DNA of 53,992 nucleotides from positions 1 through 53,992 of the IMG/VR virus record IMGVR_UViG_3300037294_000227. One strand, written 5' to 3'. A program made the translations under genes and the position numbers. Positions 47,701 to 53,992 of the stretch are shown in pieces. How positions within the stretch are numbered: position 1 is the first letter of the stretch; each line of letters starts with the position of its first letter. This stretch comes from a virus. Its lineage: Duplodnaviria; Caudoviricetes. Under the pieces are notes generated by a model, which was not told the origin of the DNA, searched no databases, and was given only the letters and a program-made list of their open reading frames with translations.

Positions 47701-49643
47701 AAGCTATCAGTTAAAAGATTAAAATCAAATACAATATCACCTACGTTAGCAATATTACGGTAACTTAATGCAAATCCTAATTCCGTATCTACTGTGCCAT
47801 TTCCAACTTTATAGTTGAATATTTTATTTCCTTTGAAACTGCTTGCTGGATAATAAATTTCGTCAGTGTAACTGAATCCGTTTTTGTCAAACAAGTCAAA
47901 CAAGGGAAATTGATTTACTGTTGTTTTGTCCTGTGAAGCCTTCCAAGAATTTCCATTGTAATAAAACATATTACCCGAATAGTTGTTTCCTTTTAAAACA
48001 AGAACAGCTTCGTCTACTGTAGGAATAGTATCTACTGCTTCGACTAATGCAATTTGTCTACGAGCATTGTGTGTAATAAAATTAACTACGTATATTTTAC
48101 CATTAACTAATATATCAGGATCGGCTGTGAATAACACTCTCATCCCGTCTACTAAGTCAATTCCGTCTACATTATATCCTAAGCTGCCTTCGATTGTACT
48201 AAACACGTCAGTTGTAAATGTATCAACTAAGTCAATATTTTGTTTTGCTTTTGCGCCGTGCTGAAATAGTTTCAACCCTGCATCAAACTCAATAATAGGA
48301 CGCTTTGCTCTTGCATCCTGATCAAGCGTTACTTCAAGACCATTTGCTATTGCACTTGCTTCTACTACATCTTTGTGAAACCAACGATTATAACGTGTCC
48401 ACGGATTTCGATCAGCACTGCTACGATTGATTACAATATAATCTTTTATTCCAGGAAAACTAGTGGCATCCTCAAACGGATAACGATCAAACCCGTAGTT
48501 GTCAAACGGAATATTAAATTCACTTGTAAATATTGCAGGAACTTCTAAGTCTTTTTCTGCAACCAATTTAATTGCACTTCCTACACCTTCTACGTACCAG
48601 TAACCAGTTTTGTATTTCTCAGGAGATACTACCCCTTGAAAATATATTTTCATTCCGTTGCTAATCTGTGCACCAGTTGACGACTTATAGGTTTTTTTAC
48701 CTAAAAAATCTTTCTCAACATCAATCGAGGATGCTTCTGTGATTTCGTATGTAGCAATTGCGCCGCTGGTATCAATTGAATTTTCACTGAGATAATAAAG
48801 AGTGCTAGGAACGTCGTCTGGCACTACAAATTCTATTACGCCTTTTTCGATATAATTAGCAGTTGTTTCAACTAATTTACCTTCGGCATTGTATTCGTAT
48901 TTTACAACACCTTTTTTATACAATGTGCTAAAATTTGCAGGATTGTATTCGAGATACGGATCCTGGTCGTTGAATACTCTGTTAAGTGTTAACGCAAAAG
49001 GGTGACCGGGGGTGTCGATTTCAAAACGATAAGTTTGTCCTTTGTAGAGTTTTACTGTTGGATTTCTTGTAAATCCGTTTGGTGTAAACACATAAGCATA
49101 GTTGTCTGCATCAAATTCAAGACCAACAGTGTATGTACTAACAATAGTTTTTGCTTGTCCAAAAATAGCAACTGGATCAGGTCCCATTGGTAACCAATAA
49201 TATTCGCGAAAGTTTGCAAACTTGTCCCAGTTTATATGTGGGTTCCATGCATAAAATTCTTGACTGTTTAATACACTGTGATTGCTAGTGGATCCTTTAA
49301 AGCTGGTTAATTGCCCTAAGTAATCGTTGTAATCTTTGTAAAATTCAACATTGTTTAAATTATCTTTGTAAACCATTACAGGCTCAAACTGATAGTTTTC
49401 TCTCGATGCAGAAACATCTGATAAAAAGCTGTCTGCTGCTGTTGTAGCTCTAGCGTATCTTCGGCCAGCAAAACTGTTTATTTTTTCAACAACACCAGGC
49501 TTAATCATCTGATCGATAGTTGAATTTATAAATTTTTTATTGGTGTCTGTTCTAAAATACTTTGGAAGGAAATTTGAAGCACTGATATCTCCAGTGCCGT
49601 TAACAGGTAGGGCAGATTCATTTTGATCTTTATCATATGCCAT
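35766..49643 (-). CDS. Giant (4625 aa) multidomain baseplate/virion structural protein
   Basis: Uninterrupted 13.9-kb ORF directly after the gp6-like gene; GSGY..P.VTI-type repeats, FG-GAP-like repeats, CBM5/12-like repeats. Confidence 0.8.
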   Translation of the reverse strand: MAYDKDQNESALPVNGTGDISASNFLPKYFRTDTNKKFINSTIDQMIKPGVVEKINSFAGRRYARATTAADSFLSDVSASRENYQFEPVMVYKDNLNNVEFYKDYNDYLGQLTSFKGSTSNHSVLNSQEFYAWNPHINWDKFANFREYYWLPMGPDPVAIFGQAKTIVSTYTVGLEFDADNYAYVFTPNGFTRNPTVKLYKGQTYRFEIDTPGHPFALTLNRVFNDQDPYLEYNPANFSTLYKKGVVKYEYNAEGKLVETTANYIEKGVIEFVVPDDVPSTLYYLSENSIDTSGAIATYEITEASSIDVEKDFLGKKTYKSSTGAQISNGMKIYFQGVVSPEKYKTGYWYVEGVGSAIKLVAEKDLEVPAIFTSEFNIPFDNYGFDRYPFEDATSFPGIKDYIVINRSSADRNPWTRYNRWFHKDVVEASAIANGLEVTLDQDARAKRPIIEFDAGLKLFQHGAKAKQNIDLVDTFTTDVFSTIEGSLGYNVDGIDLVDGMRVLFTADPDILVNGKIYVVNFITHNARRQIALVEAVDTIPTVDEAVLVLKGNNYSGNMFYYNGNSWKASQDKTTVNQFPLFDLFDKNGFSYTDEIYYPASSFKGNKIFNYKVGNGTVDTELGFALSYRNIANVGDIVFDFNLLTDSFNYQSDMDIEIDINTDTAFVKKFDNTGENFSYENGWKKAVAKSTQGVIRNRTLNTQLNNFPIDVYNKSGNLTDLVIKVWVNSARKYETIDYSISRINGIAYVDFNTSLNVDDILLIKTFSSANKNANGFYEIPINLEKNPLNNNITEVTLGEVNDHIDSITDDHPEFVGVFPGTSNLRDVSNLTAYGKRFVQHSGPFNLSLYNLTDKNANIVKSLKFARKEYAKFKRQFVYEANKTGFHGSAKDHVDLILSTLAESKTSYRPFYFSDMVGVGAETKTIHTVEYNGPAYFALSKSFNLTTLSNKSVTVYLNSIQLLHKKDYVFTDNFVYVLQDLQDGDIVEVYEYESTNGSYIPPTPTKLGLYPLFEPMLILDNTYIETTSMIQGHDGSLVKAYGDYRDELILELEMRIYNNIKCQYSADKIDIFDFVSGIDRNTGFTKHSIDNILLADFAQWLEIAGSPDYSSNISWNDLNGFTYNYSEMGDKAGNPLPGTWRAIYKKYFDTDRPHTHPWEMLGFTIKPTWWTDTYGPAPYTKDNTILWADLAQGIIKEPGKPLIRNNKFKRVGLLSNIPVDEYGRLLSPVDCGLAQDYSLVPTKNNFKFGDESPVETAWRRSSEYPFSLITAWTILQPTHIFGLGFDCSRIERDIVGNLIYTPTAKRLRLEDLVFPTISTDNALILTSGLVNYIADYMVNKVTTRYDTYQTQIKNSVNQLAVKLGGFADKNKLKLVLDSRSPLNKTSVFVPDENYQIFFNVSSPLETPVFSGIMIEKSQTGYIVTGYDKEDPVFNYNAPIARQRDSAITVGGVSESYVNWTGNTQYVAGNVVFNNGKYFRTIITHISGVEFDVTKFAVLPSLPVVGGITTLLRKDFAPTVSSLPYGTVLASVQEVTNFMLGYEHYLINQGFDFSFYNRDTEALEDMKLCLKEFMFWVTQNWDIGTVLTISPAANQLKFSRDYYIVDDIFDGFYDVNILSGSGTRINSEFSNIFRSNQNEFGIKPQNTNDGIYLAKLPLVQKEHVILIDNNTVFNDTIYDVAPGYRQERIKLVGYRTDEWTGGLYIPGFFYDDAKVTEWSVWKDYAIGDVVKYKEFYYAANKKHSSTDIFDSSFWNILNEKPVARLYPNWDYKVNQFADFYDLDTDNFDTEQQRLGQHLIGYQKRNYLQNIITDSVSQYKFYQGFIQDKGTLNSLTKLFDALSNADKDSLEFYEEWGIRVGQYGSVENTYEVEYELDETKFNLEPQLFELTNSISNTRTDLVYEITPQAAIIKPTDYTHSIFIEKADTSVIGFDSGYVRENDVNFVSIVKEQLTLLPIESVSVGDFVWILREDRDWNVYRNVAVENSVINIIPLLPDDREIDFEPTDPNTGFTVYFENNVTDFVADDIIGIRSNYTGINGFFKVKEVFLNQVVILTATTISEEEYNDSSVGGISKFVKRRFVNANDLNLNIQNIIENLDDKVWIDNKGDGNFGVYSNEKIFTLQEETLNPTGDGDGFASSFDVNKFNTTMVVNSIDNFLFGRDESVRVLKRNSESFTKDLSQVLIPDNTIDKDSLFGFDVAISADSVYIAVGTPNASNALTKFVGELTPTGTYAAGDIVSDRGTLWRAKIAVNGDNSTITNLTQDWEPVYLLETDSAGNSSGLTNQGVVYLYKINPITNNYNLEHVIMSPIPTAEERFGYKVELRQTSYGTTKLFVGAPGEAGIDQGKIYFFETDTSSAWSNTKDRNYKGEWSSSVTYNDNEIVFLNGNLYRATTNGVTENPTVSLKWTPIDSVEYTGYIPHDLYLASDKDDSTVYNLSTNIGIKFDVNDFGDIISIAASADYGLLAQNTTIKTERVSIFENQSGRWSFLQYVDADDSVDGFGYVISLNNTGNKLAIAAPLNDNRGIDQGVVYIYEKTTSNNISSYNLVQTLQSPFAEENEAFGTGISFSNSKLAISGKNTDKRVATTFDRYSQPEFVMITRDGFSNPIYSRYVLDETSKENTFKTTYDGNNTQFITVTKDTGRIAIFQEIGNSFVFGEDLSYNRNTKFNDISNFKLNNNHVYIGFPKINPADDADTILQSGYISSEDSSLGMLVDMRAPINKNSWELVTAQSGKVNLNKISRVFLYSKETNDIIANLDVVDPRQGKIPGAAEQEISFKTFYDPAIYSSNDNDRFGITVDVNSNWTNSYVGKLWWAIDSATWINPYQDNIHYRAANWNSLADSGSIEIYEWVKTTLTPSQWRNQADTNEGFVKGISGTPKYNDTIYSSSTDIDTISGRTTTYYYYWVRNNRVVPTNIKRRLSSYDIEQLIRNPAASGYRYLAPLDTNKFALYNIQSLISGTDTVLHIEFERNETLETNIHREYQLLTEGLDVSKPNSEIEQKWYDSLVGYDLSNNPVPDTGLSPKQKYGILNNPRQSMFVNRLEAVKQFVERVNDVLIKNQIVDNFVIDQLMLKDEPPIITSGNYDSIVDTVDDLRFVGVAKSKQATLTPVIENGKIISVTIEDPGRSYKVPPSIVINTDTGSGAILQTEINNLGHVTNVIVKNQGKKYSSDTTLFVRKFSVLVNSDSEINGRWAIYNWNVASQVWERNDNQSFNTTNYWNYKDWYATGYSELTAITHIVDQSYELFALNDSIGDIVKITTIGTGGWLLLEKINNQPVEDYTINYKTIGRQNGTIQLATRLYDYATVTSGYDALIYDAAFYDREPVTELRNILAALRDDIFVGDLAVEYNNTFFASVRYAFSEQSNIDWAFKTSFIRAKHNLGTLAQKITFQNDNLENYEDYVNEVKPFSSKIREYISSYNQLESTASLTTDFDVPPSYNVVTKEIETIAAKQNQNAITDIVEKYMAYPYKSWVDNNGYDVVEIRVADSGSGYKETPIVTISENNGTTAKAYLSRGKVSTIELTNKGGKVYKAPTVTIDGTLEEGGTPAKAVAILGNGVVRKAHLIIKFDRIKGTYLLTDLNVTETFTGTGAKEIFNLKWPMNIKTDSFVVYVDNKIQLSSAFAVSNVSDTTKSYDRYLGKVEFVNAPALNSVITISYKKDVVMLDAADRIYSFYNSTAGMPGKDLAQLMDGVEYSGSIYESIDFGNIQGWDPDPQFGQGFGSTPWDTFDNTYEDEIFVLDGSTSIFELAGPLETEVEYNFYLNNVRLDDINYSGSGAVTNPNAVMQTIIGDGITTTVEIDTSLIPTSANDIVVIRKSTSDGSFTPTENSYDTALSSGNLTYSTATGLTSEDITVDGDGLVTETTSKGPEELVPGQLMDTLDIRVYHRPSDGVGIIGVASYKIDGTTSEFALPQIPQTGDSVIVKLDGVILDSLLYSINWNAQTLTLDDSTIGDNLTITTIGTNGVDIIDTDTIVYDGSTIAYDTAAVYSEELSSIMTINGVVALPDVDYTLTENATGRVQVTIINNNVTENDLIQYTIYDSLLQTYSRMQIDNTFESNGENNYHKFNVDGPIPFNARPFSHNILVKSNNRILNPGYSISYTATTERDYDIESWQFAGPSYIPSAEVIVYSDGVRLTKEQVTYDPVNSRIRILRNDIATIGSKLDIFVISDADYYFVDTQIDFESVDSSVIDIEGFATVGAELRMTSTDDNEVYIGIVKSVIGNSVVIETYRPDIRNAFIKDPEFVVDIADNDSTQVKITDVFYVESDSLTFAVPPSSGENIEIYTFSNHDINNFSRMTYDVLSKTTVAEGTDEYVKRNLLTRGILQLRKPVYGTPYAWVAINGILLTPYVDYTVVDSLDAVQLKVVPSENDRIDVLQFGTAPSTPKYGYRIFKDMLNRTHYKRLNQDNSYVLATPLNYYDARILLDNTAGIFQPNRAKNIPGVLFIEGERIEYFEIKGNALLQLRRGTLGTGVKTIYDTGTELLGQGPEETITYQDRILRQTMTADGTSTEYSLDFVPESVNEIDVFLGGSRLRNTAIEVYQPTLAQDSNEGNITISADFRIDGNNLYIEPRDTITGEIIAPERWADQRIEVVRKIGQVWNEPNKTLAQSDNAISRFLRRATIRLPK

Positions 49644-52600
49644 TAGTAAATAATTCCTCCGGTTGTAGTTGAACTACTAGTTGTTGAGCTTTGAATTCCT
49701 GCGTTGTTACTAAATGCTGTAGTAACAATTGCGCCTGCGGCTCTTAATCTTTCTTGTGTGTTTGCCGTTATAAGTTCGATATCATCTACTGTTGCACTGC
49801 TAATAAAAATTTCGTCATTTTCACTTTTTACTTCAAATAGACTACCAAAATTTTGACTTGCATCTCTTGGCACTATGACAATACTAACAACATCAGGTGC
49901 TAATTGTTTCATAATATACGAAGACAATTCGCTAAAATAAAACGTTTCTCCAAAGTCCCAATTATCTAATGCAAAATATTCATTGATTGCTGTTATCACT
50001 TTTGATTTAATCTCATTGTCACTGACTACTCTGTTTTCGTTTTTAACTATTTTAAACACTGCTTGTAAATCTAAATCGCTATTACTTCCGAATAATGTTT
50101 TATATTTTACTGGATGATAAATTACTTCATCACTAATACTTTTTACTTTATTAATTTCTGCACCATATGCTTTATATAGCTGATCGCTGCTTGGCGGTAA
50201 TGGTCTTGTTGCCACTATGTTGTTAATAAACTGTCTAAAATTAGTGTCGTACGACTTTGTTAAAATGTATGTGTCAATAATATTTGTACTGCTAGGATCA
50301 ATACGAGAATTTTCATCAGCAGCATGTACATATTGGAATTTGATTTTGTCTCTTCCAATATAAGCATTATAATTGTATACTTCGGTTAATGATCTATTAG
50401 AACTATCAAGTTTTTTAAATACATCATCTGCTACAAAATAAAATATAGGATTATTTTCTGCTAACAGATTTGGTGATTCGCTAACATTAATAGTTTGTAT
50501 ATTCTCAACCTCGTGGTTGACGTAAACATAAAATTCGTTATTGTTTATTACAGATTTTTTAGTAAAAATGTAATTTGTATTATCTACTATTTCATTAAAC
50601 AAATCTGGGTTATCTATAATACCGTCGTCGTCATTATCGTAGAATGTTACTTCAACTTTTTTACTGTCAACGTAGCCGCCTGCATCTCTGTACTCTTTAG
50701 AAATTTCCCAATCAAAGTCAACTGTAAATGGACTTGTTCCTTGTCCGGCATTAATATTGTTGTTGATATTTAAAACACGAAGTTTATCTTTTACAATTTC
50801 ACCTGTTTTGCTATCATATATTTTTTTACTACCATCAAAATAAAATCTAACTTCTGCATCACTTTCAAACACATAACGTAATGTTCTGTGTGTAATATTG
50901 TAGGATACGCCGTCAGTTTCAAATAACAATAACCAACTGCTATCAATCTGCTGTCCTGACGTGTCTCCTGCTAATCCTAAACTAAAATTAGAATTTACAT
51001 CAAGATCTTCTTGCAGAATAATATTCCACTGTCTTAGTTCTCTATCATAACGTAACCCAAAACTTCTATAAGCAAATACATTGTCAATGATTTGAGTTTG
51101 TACATCTGATATTAAATCTCTAACAAATCTAGGCTTAATAAATTGTAAAATAGAATTAGAAGGAATAATATCATTGAATGTTATTGGACCAGACCCGTCT
51201 GTGTTTAGTTCTTGGCCTGTGCCAACTGTACTAATTACCTTGGTCCACAGGTAGCTTGTTTCTCCCTTAACGCCAGATGACAACACTAGACGATCGTTTA
51301 AAAATGCATATCCTGCAGGAGCTATAAACTTAACCAAGGCACCAGTTTCTAAGAATCGCAAAGGACCTTCTGTAAAGCTACCTACTGTATAATAGATATT
51401 ATTTTCATCATATACTCTACCAGTACTCCTGTTAGTGTCCGAGGTTGATTGTTCCCAACGTAAATTAAGTTCAGAATAATCTTGATTTGGATATTCGTTT
51501 AGATAAAAGTTCTTTGTACCGATATTTTCTAACAACGGAATGATTGTATTGAAAATAGTTTTTGAAATATCAGTTCTTGTAATAAACTTAAAATTTGTTA
51601 GTTTATTCAAGTATTCCTTATATATTACGCCGTCGGTTCCAAATATATTTGTTTTACTGTATTTTCCAGTAGCATCTAAAATATCGTAATATCTACTAAT
51701 TCCGCTAGCTGTTCTATTGACACTTTTTGTTTTGATAATTTCTTGGCTAATACCTAGTGGACCTAAATTATAATCTTCGGCTGTAATAAGTCTATTTTGA
51801 GTATAATATGTACTAGGAGCATTTGTTTTAATACTATCTGTTGATTCGGTTGCACTGGCATTGTCAACTGGAGTTTTTAAATCCATACTTATTGTAAGTG
51901 TTTCTGTTTTGCCGACTTTACTTAGATAAGGCACACGCACACTTATTCCTTGCATACTTGCAGGAGTTATAGTATAATCAGCATTAGCACTTGTTCGGTA
52001 ATAAACTCTAAACGACCCCTTTGGCAATTCGCCAAATATTCCATCACTAAAAATTAAACTAATTCTGTCTTGTGTTCTTGTTAATACACTGTAAATATTT
52101 CTAATGTTTTTGCTGATACTGTTATAAACAATATTGTTACCTTCAACACTGTCAACCTTTGTCCACAATTCCTCTTCAATATTATCTGAATTGAGTTTGT
52201 ATAACCAAACATCACTGTTGTTTATGTCTGATATATTGATTTCAATTTTTTGATTTGGCACTGGAGAATCGACAATAAAGTCACCTTTTTGAATATTGCC
52301 TTGTCTAAAGTGTGCAAAGAATCCAGTGTTAGAACTGCCAGCGCCCTGGCCGTTGTCTCTGTAAATGAATCCAAATTGACTACCTGGCAACGGTGCTTCT
52401 TCAACAATATCGCCGGCGCTGATACCAGTGCTGACAATTTCAAAATTTAATGTTTTACTGTTTATTGGTTTTGTGAATGTAAAAATACTACTTTTATCAG
52501 TTAAGTTGTTTAGTCTGTATTGTTCAGTTGCAATACCATCTACATTTTCTAATTTAATAGGGCGTCCTATCCGATTGTTTATAGGAAGACTTGCATTTAA

Positions 52601-53077
52601 AATTTTAGTAAATTGCTCAAACCAATCCGAATTAGTAGTGTCATTCCATGTGATATTTCTGTTGGCTAAATTAACGCCATTGCTGTCTATAATTTGTTCT
52701 GTTGTTTTTACACCAGTAAACTTTAACAATCCGTTTGCAGCTTGATTTCTTGTAACATTATAAGATACCAACCGAGCAAGACGAAGAACGCTTTCTCTGC
52801 GCTCTGCTAATTCAAGAAAATTTTCTCTTGCATTTAAATCAATACGAAAACTAATATTTTGTCCAAGAAATGCAATCATATCAATTAGCGCAAGATATTC
52901 GCTTGACTCAATATAGTCATTGAAATCTTCTGGGTAATTGGTACGCAGATACTCGATCATTGTACGACGAAGATTGTCAAAATCGTAGCTTTTGAAATCT
53001 GCATACTTAAAACTCTGATAGATTGTTTTCCAATCTTCAGCTAATAACAGTCTATTTTGTCTATCAGTAGATGACAT
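49643..53077 (-). CDS. gp6: Baseplate wedge subunit, T4 gp6-like
   Basis: DFDNLRRTMIEYL...DYIESS...LIDMIAF...ENFLELAERRESVLRLARLVSY; ESTDSIKTNAP..YYTQNRLITAEDY. Start ATG 53077 preferred over GTG 53083 on SD spacing. Confidence 0.85.
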   Translation of the reverse strand: MSSTDRQNRLLLAEDWKTIYQSFKYADFKSYDFDNLRRTMIEYLRTNYPEDFNDYIESSEYLALIDMIAFLGQNISFRIDLNARENFLELAERRESVLRLARLVSYNVTRNQAANGLLKFTGVKTTEQIIDSNGVNLANRNITWNDTTNSDWFEQFTKILNASLPINNRIGRPIKLENVDGIATEQYRLNNLTDKSSIFTFTKPINSKTLNFEIVSTGISAGDIVEEAPLPGSQFGFIYRDNGQGAGSSNTGFFAHFRQGNIQKGDFIVDSPVPNQKIEINISDINNSDVWLYKLNSDNIEEELWTKVDSVEGNNIVYNSISKNIRNIYSVLTRTQDRISLIFSDGIFGELPKGSFRVYYRTSANADYTITPASMQGISVRVPYLSKVGKTETLTISMDLKTPVDNASATESTDSIKTNAPSTYYTQNRLITAEDYNLGPLGISQEIIKTKSVNRTASGISRYYDILDATGKYSKTNIFGTDGVIYKEYLNKLTNFKFITRTDISKTIFNTIIPLLENIGTKNFYLNEYPNQDYSELNLRWEQSTSDTNRSTGRVYDENNIYYTVGSFTEGPLRFLETGALVKFIAPAGYAFLNDRLVLSSGVKGETSYLWTKVISTVGTGQELNTDGSGPITFNDIIPSNSILQFIKPRFVRDLISDVQTQIIDNVFAYRSFGLRYDRELRQWNIILQEDLDVNSNFSLGLAGDTSGQQIDSSWLLLFETDGVSYNITHRTLRYVFESDAEVRFYFDGSKKIYDSKTGEIVKDKLRVLNINNNINAGQGTSPFTVDFDWEISKEYRDAGGYVDSKKVEVTFYDNDDDGIIDNPDLFNEIVDNTNYIFTKKSVINNNEFYVYVNHEVENIQTINVSESPNLLAENNPIFYFVADDVFKKLDSSNRSLTEVYNYNAYIGRDKIKFQYVHAADENSRIDPSSTNIIDTYILTKSYDTNFRQFINNIVATRPLPPSSDQLYKAYGAEINKVKSISDEVIYHPVKYKTLFGSNSDLDLQAVFKIVKNENRVVSDNEIKSKVITAINEYFALDNWDFGETFYFSELSSYIMKQLAPDVVSIVIVPRDASQNFGSLFEVKSENDEIFISSATVDDIELITANTQERLRAAGAIVTTAFSNNAGIQSSTTSSSTTTGGIIY

Positions 53078-53100
53078 GCGCACTTCCTCAGTTTATCTAA

Positions 53101-53115
53101 TATTTATCATATTTA
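53101..53115 (-). promoter_or_regulatory. Tandem late promoter cores TAAATA
   Basis: TAAATA at 53115-53110 and 53106-53101, upstream of the gp6-like gene. Confidence 0.55.
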
Positions 53116-53128
53116 AAAAGTGCGTATA

Positions 53129-53575
53129 TTAAATCAAGCCGTTTTTTTGGTCAAAATTAAACTGTAGCTTTTCGCTGATGCTGTATTCTAGATAAGTTAA
53201 ATCGCATTCAATTTGTATGCCACTTTCGTAACTACTAACTGAAACGTTATTAACTCTTACACGCGGTTCGTGTACAGTAATAATCTGTGTTACATTTTGA
53301 ACAATAACATCTTTGAGATTATCAGTCAACGGATCGTACAATACATCCCATATGATTGTTCCAAATCCTGGGTTTTCTAATTTTTCGCCTAGTCGTATAT
53401 GAAAATGATTTACAATGTCTTGTTTGATCAGTGCAAGATCATACAGTTTAAATTCTTTGCTGTCGGGGTTTACTGTGCTGATGCCACGATAAGTTCCTTG
53501 AGTTACAGGAGGTGCTTCTCTTTTGAGAGATTGTATTTTTAAGTTCTTGTATAGATTTTTTTCTAAGCTACTCAT
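53129..53575 (-). CDS. gp25: Baseplate wedge protein, gp25/GPW family
   Basis: LIKQDIVNHF...GEKLENPGFGT.IW..LYDP...EPRV signature. Confidence 0.9.
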   Translation of the reverse strand: MSSLEKNLYKNLKIQSLKREAPPVTQGTYRGISTVNPDSKEFKLYDLALIKQDIVNHFHIRLGEKLENPGFGTIIWDVLYDPLTDNLKDVIVQNVTQIITVHEPRVRVNNVSVSSYESGIQIECDLTYLEYSISEKLQFNFDQKNGLI

Positions 53576-53579
53576 ACCG

Positions 53580-53585
53580 TATTTA
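53580..53585 (-). promoter_or_regulatory. Late promoter core TAAATA
   Basis: 4 nt upstream of ATG 53575, no SD between them. Confidence 0.6.
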
Positions 53586-53586
53586 C

Positions 53587-53991
53587 CTATTTTCCTGTTC
53601 GACGAGGTGCCGAGAGATCGCTAACTACTCTGCGTATACCTGCTCCAAATCCTTCTTGTCTAAAAGTTTCAATAGGTGCTTGGCGATTCAAATCTAAATA
53701 ACTACCTGCTGGCCGAGGTCTATCCGCACTGTCTTGCAATGCTTGTCTGGCATTAGAAATCAAAGTATCAGTGGCAATATTATTAGTTACAGCCGGCCGA
53801 GGTCTATCCGCACTGTCTTGCAATGCTTGTCTGGCATTATAAATCAAAGTATCAGTGGCAATATTATTAGTTACAGCCGGAATTCCTGTGTCGTTTCCTG
53901 CTGCATCCACGTATGTCACAGCTATAGGACTTAGAGGGGCAACTCCCGGTAATGCAGCACTTGTAGGAAGTACCGCAGGCTGTTGCCACAA
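53587..53991 (-). CDS. C-terminal part of a gene entering from the right edge (function not determinable)
   Basis: Frame open to the window edge, ends in TAG just before the gp25 promoter; carries an in-frame 28-aa duplication. Confidence 0.55.
   Translation of the reverse strand: MWQQPAVLPTSAALPGVAPLSPIAVTYVDAAGNDTGIPAVTNNIATDTLIYNARQALQDSADRPRPAVTNNIATDTLISNARQALQDSADRPRPAGSYLDLNRQAPIETFRQEGFGAGIRRVVSDLSAPRRTGK
53711..53880. repeat. 84-bp tandem duplication (2 copies, 1 mismatch)
   Basis: Copies start at 53711 and 53795; encode PAVTNNIATDTLI[Y/S]NARQALQDSADRPR twice. Confidence 0.95.
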
Positions 53992-53992
53992 C

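Noticed and set aside
35766-49643. Intein, intron or fused-gene artefact in the giant ORF
   Set aside because: No intein splice or homing-endonuclease motifs recognised; the frame is continuous with structural-type sequence throughout.
53711-53880. CRISPR array or diversity-generating retroelement repeat
   Set aside because: Only two directly adjacent copies, no spacers, a single mismatch and no reverse transcriptase or cas gene in view.
915-53934. Many 60-120 aa ORFs in the track lying within long genes
   Set aside because: Antisense or alternate-frame shadows of well-supported genes with no recognisable motifs.
1-53992. Stop-codon reassignment
   Set aside because: Standard-code ORFs tile the window almost completely, and TAA, TAG and TGA all end genes at coupled junctions.

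Overview
AT-rich, gene-dense segment of what looks like a large (jumbo-type) myovirus genome read in the standard genetic code. The right half (27.8-54 kb, all minus strand) is a virion module: a gp25-like and a gp6-like baseplate wedge protein, a 4625-aa structural protein, three tail-fibre proteins sharing an N-terminal domain, and two paralogous Ser/Thr/Gly-rich proteins. The left half (1-27.8 kb, continuing past the left edge) is a dense island of modifying enzymes. It holds 11 radical SAM genes (one partial and missing from the ORF track, one B12-binding), about six glycosyltransferase-like genes, an NDP-sugar epimerase/dehydratase, a shortened DegT-type aminotransferase, an amidinotransferase, a 2OG-Fe(II) oxygenase, a methyltransferase-like protein, three SGNH-like proteins and a kinase-like protein. 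My best inference is a phage-encoded pathway that makes heavily modified (amino/guanidino/methyl/acyl) glycans, probably for virion decoration; the substrate is not proven. Regulatory signals are visible directly: T4-type late promoter cores (TAAATA), six of them only 4-5 nt from a start codon (apparently leaderless), and two perfect sigma70 consensus promoters at the junction of the two halves. All family calls come from motif recognition by eye; no database search was run.
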